Source: Iphione sp. A-MEVVRFRX5 (lineage: Eukaryota). Taken from it: 64,000 bases of DNA. Below are positions 61,204 through 64,000 of the stretch, in pieces (the first letter of the stretch is position 1; each line of letters opens with the position of its first letter). The stretch lies in NCBI GenBank assembly GCA_976226885.1, contig OZ320321.1, positions 57,226,001 to 57,290,000 of the forward strand, read 5' to 3'. The position numbers were made by a program, and so were the translations under genes. Below the pieces are notes generated by a model, which ran no database searches, had not been told where the DNA came from, and saw nothing but the letters and a program-made list of their open reading frames with translations.

Positions 61204-63040
61204 TGATGGCTTCGTATAATAAGGGACTACCGATTGATGACAGCGGGGAGTTGATCCCGTCCCGCTCGAGGTTGTATTCTGTGTCAAAGTCCCAGATGTC
61301 GCCCAGGTAGCCTCAGGGCCAACATGCTCCAGCCGAGGATAAATCAAGTATCTCCAGTAATCGTGACTGTGCTTTTCTGTCCACGAAACAGATAAAGGAA
61401 CAGGATATGACTTACTGGATTCATGCTTTTATTGACAATCAGAAGAACCTGGACACTGCGCTAGCATGGGGGGGGGGCTAGTGTAACTGTGATCAAGCGA
61501 CTTGAAGACAAGGTATCTAGGCTGTCTAGGGAGAATGGAGACTTGCTAAAGAAGATAGATGCCCTAGAGAAGGAGGTGAAACAATTAACGGATGACTCAT
61601 CAACTAGGGGAGGAGGATACTCTAGTAGCTGTACAGGAAAATGAGCAGCCTACCATGACCCGCTGGTGGTTAGACGAGTGGGTCGTCAGATTAAGGTAAC
61701 GGATGAACGGAGTCAAGAACAGAAACAGACCATGCCGGATATTGTCTACTCCAAAGCTAACAAGACATTATTTTGAAGCTGGATGTGGTGCTAGAGACAA
61801 GAGGATACAGCAGCAGACATGGCCAGCTCAGAATATCAAGGGGGCCATCTTGGAATCAATTTGTGACACCATGCATTCATGAAGAAACCGGGGCTCCACC
61901 TACTTCGGAAGCGTCAGGGTCTACTGATCATAATCCTGAATGATTGTACATGTCTGTAATCGTGTGTTCGGGTCGCTGATTTAGGTCTTATGGCCAGGGG
62001 GACTGTTAGTTGTGAAACGTGTCTGTCAGGCTATATATGGTTCTTGTTGTTTTCAGTGTTACAAAGTACGATGACTAGCTTCCGCCTGTCATGACGGAAA
62101 TACTGCCCATGGTCTTCGGCTCGTATCCACTTTAAGGACTGCAAGGGAGCATTAATTTTTACGGATATCTATTATGTTTACAAGGGCATCCTGTTTTTTT
62201 AAAAATCGGATCATCAGCAATGAACTGTTAACCCGCTCATAATATTGATGAATATTTAGTGCCATGTAATTGAGACTGATGTGCCTGTGTATAGTGATCA
62301 TTTACCGCCATTAGGGTCTGAACTGACCAGAGTTGACATAACATTTCGTATTTGGTTCTATGTGCTCGTGTATAGTGATTATTTACTGTCATACATGGAG
62401 AGGGAGGGTTCTTCAAAACTAGCTTGTGCTGGGTGTACTAACATGGATGGTGCCCAATATTAATGAATATATGGAGTGTATTTCCCTAATTGTTTGATGT
62501 ATCTACTCTGCTTATTGATAATCCGCCACTTGTACTCTCCCTTTGTGAGACATGCCTAAATCCAAAAATATTGGATAATGTCTGTCCGATGAATGGATAC
62601 TCTATTCCGGCAGGGGTAGGGTTGCAAAAGGTACGGGGGGGTCCGCTAAAGTATGTGAGATACGATGTACAAGTGAGGGAAGTGACCGATCTGAACATTT
62701 TAAATGAGCATGTGGAGTGTATGAGGGTGATGATCAAGCCGCGTGTTAGCAAATCGATGTTAGCCGGTAATATGTATAGGCCCCCCCCCCCGTTGCATAG
62801 TTCAGACAATCTTAAGGATTATTTAATGGTAACCCTTAAGAAGGCGAAGAAAAAGGTGAGTCACTATCTGGTACTTGGAATTGACTTCAATGTAGACTGG
62901 GGGAGGGGGGTGGTCAATCAAGCAGAAGACGGGCCTTGAGATTATTAGTCAAAAGGTCGGTTTGTCGCAATACATTTCTAATGCGACTGTGATACAGAAA
63001 ACATGCAGGGTCCACCTAGACATTGTTTTTACTGATCTCA
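61204..63040 (+). pseudogene. Decayed, 3'-truncated CR1-group LINE (ORF1 coiled-coil remnant plus APE endonuclease remnant)
   Basis: IKRLEDKVSRLSRENGDLLKKIDALEKEVKQL at about 61490-61590. At 62490-63040: LSLCETCL, GYS, RGG, GNMYRPP, LGIDFNVD, LSQYISNAT..LDIVFTD. No RT follows. Confidence 0.7.
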
Positions 63041-64000
63041 ATTCATAAACAACCCGAATCACTTTCTTGTCATGAAAAAGTTTCCTATTTTACGATTTTG
63101 TATCACAAAACAAGATAGTCACCTAGGAAGTAGCAGGTTGATTCAGATATTTCAAGATAATTTTACTTATTACAGGCACTTGTTTCTATAAATTGTAAAA
63201 AGCTTCTTGTCTGACTTATACACATTTTTCTTACTTCATCTTCTTGACATGAGATATTTTTTCTCATATTAAGAATATGAAGTAAGAAAAAAGTGTGTAA
63301 ACATGGTTTTTAGCAAAAAAAAGTAGATAACCATGGTTTGTGGCAAACTGAGATAGAGGAGCTTTCTATACTCTCTAAGCTAGTCCGCCCACTTGACCTG
63401 GCTGGGAGAGTGAAAGTGTTAAGGTATTTGGATATATATACCGTTGAGAACATGGTTTGGGGTCTACATTTATTTTTAAAGTATATGAGAGAGTGCAGTA
63501 CACTGACACTGTAACTAGAAACCTTTATTTCAGGTCAAGTGATGGATGGGTATGGCTACATGACGGTATGGCGATGAGTCAATTGGAGGAAGTTGTACAC
63601 GAGATTTCACGCGGAAAGCGTCTTTAGTTGAAATGCATTTCAGTATTCCAAACATTTTATTGCCTTCAAGCATTGAATTATTCAACCTGTGCTTCTATCT
63701 AATTAATAAGTGTGAAGTGATTTAAAAAAGGCTCTCAATGTAATGTATATTAGCAAATTGATTTATTTCAGAATGTGGTAAACATAACTGCAATGTATTG
63801 TGTTACCTGGACGACCGACCCGCAATCCAAGCTCAATAGCTAGGGTGGCCCAAACCCATGTGGGTATAGCGACTAGATAGTATAGACTTGACCAGATCTG
63901 GTCGTATGACACTCGTAGGCCTCAAGATAATCCTACAGGCTGTAGTAGGTAAAGTAAGGCCGTAAATGGACGTAGGTAAGTAACTATCGCAGTAGCCCCA

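Overview
Eukaryotic genomic DNA, AT-rich and dominated by transposable elements; it looks invertebrate-like, but the host cannot be identified from sequence. No intact host gene is recognisable. Two large, young-looking retroelements stand out. (1) A very GC-rich Ty3/Gypsy LTR retrotransposon on the minus strand (<1-7510). It has a 342-bp 5' LTR, a tRNA-Leu PBS, gag and a -1 frameshift signal. Its pol frame has no stop after integrase: it continues about 570 codons to the window edge and contains two C2H2 zinc fingers. The ORF track misses this frame because it runs off the edge. (2) An apparently full-length, about 7.6-kb CR1-group (L2/Crack-like) LINE on the minus strand (about 18018-25640) with three ORFs. 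ORF1 carries an AT-hook, coiled coil, RRM-like region and a C-terminal NADAR/YbiA-like domain. A separate middle ORF is SGNH-hydrolase-like, and ORF2 is endonuclease-RT. The NADAR plus SGNH cargo is the best candidate for an undescribed system. The rest contains MITEs, solo-LTR-like segments, decayed LINE fragments, a Penelope-type hammerhead core, a perfect 26-bp hairpin, microsatellites and one decayed gene of unknown family. All domain assignments come from manual translation and remembered motifs; no database search was run.
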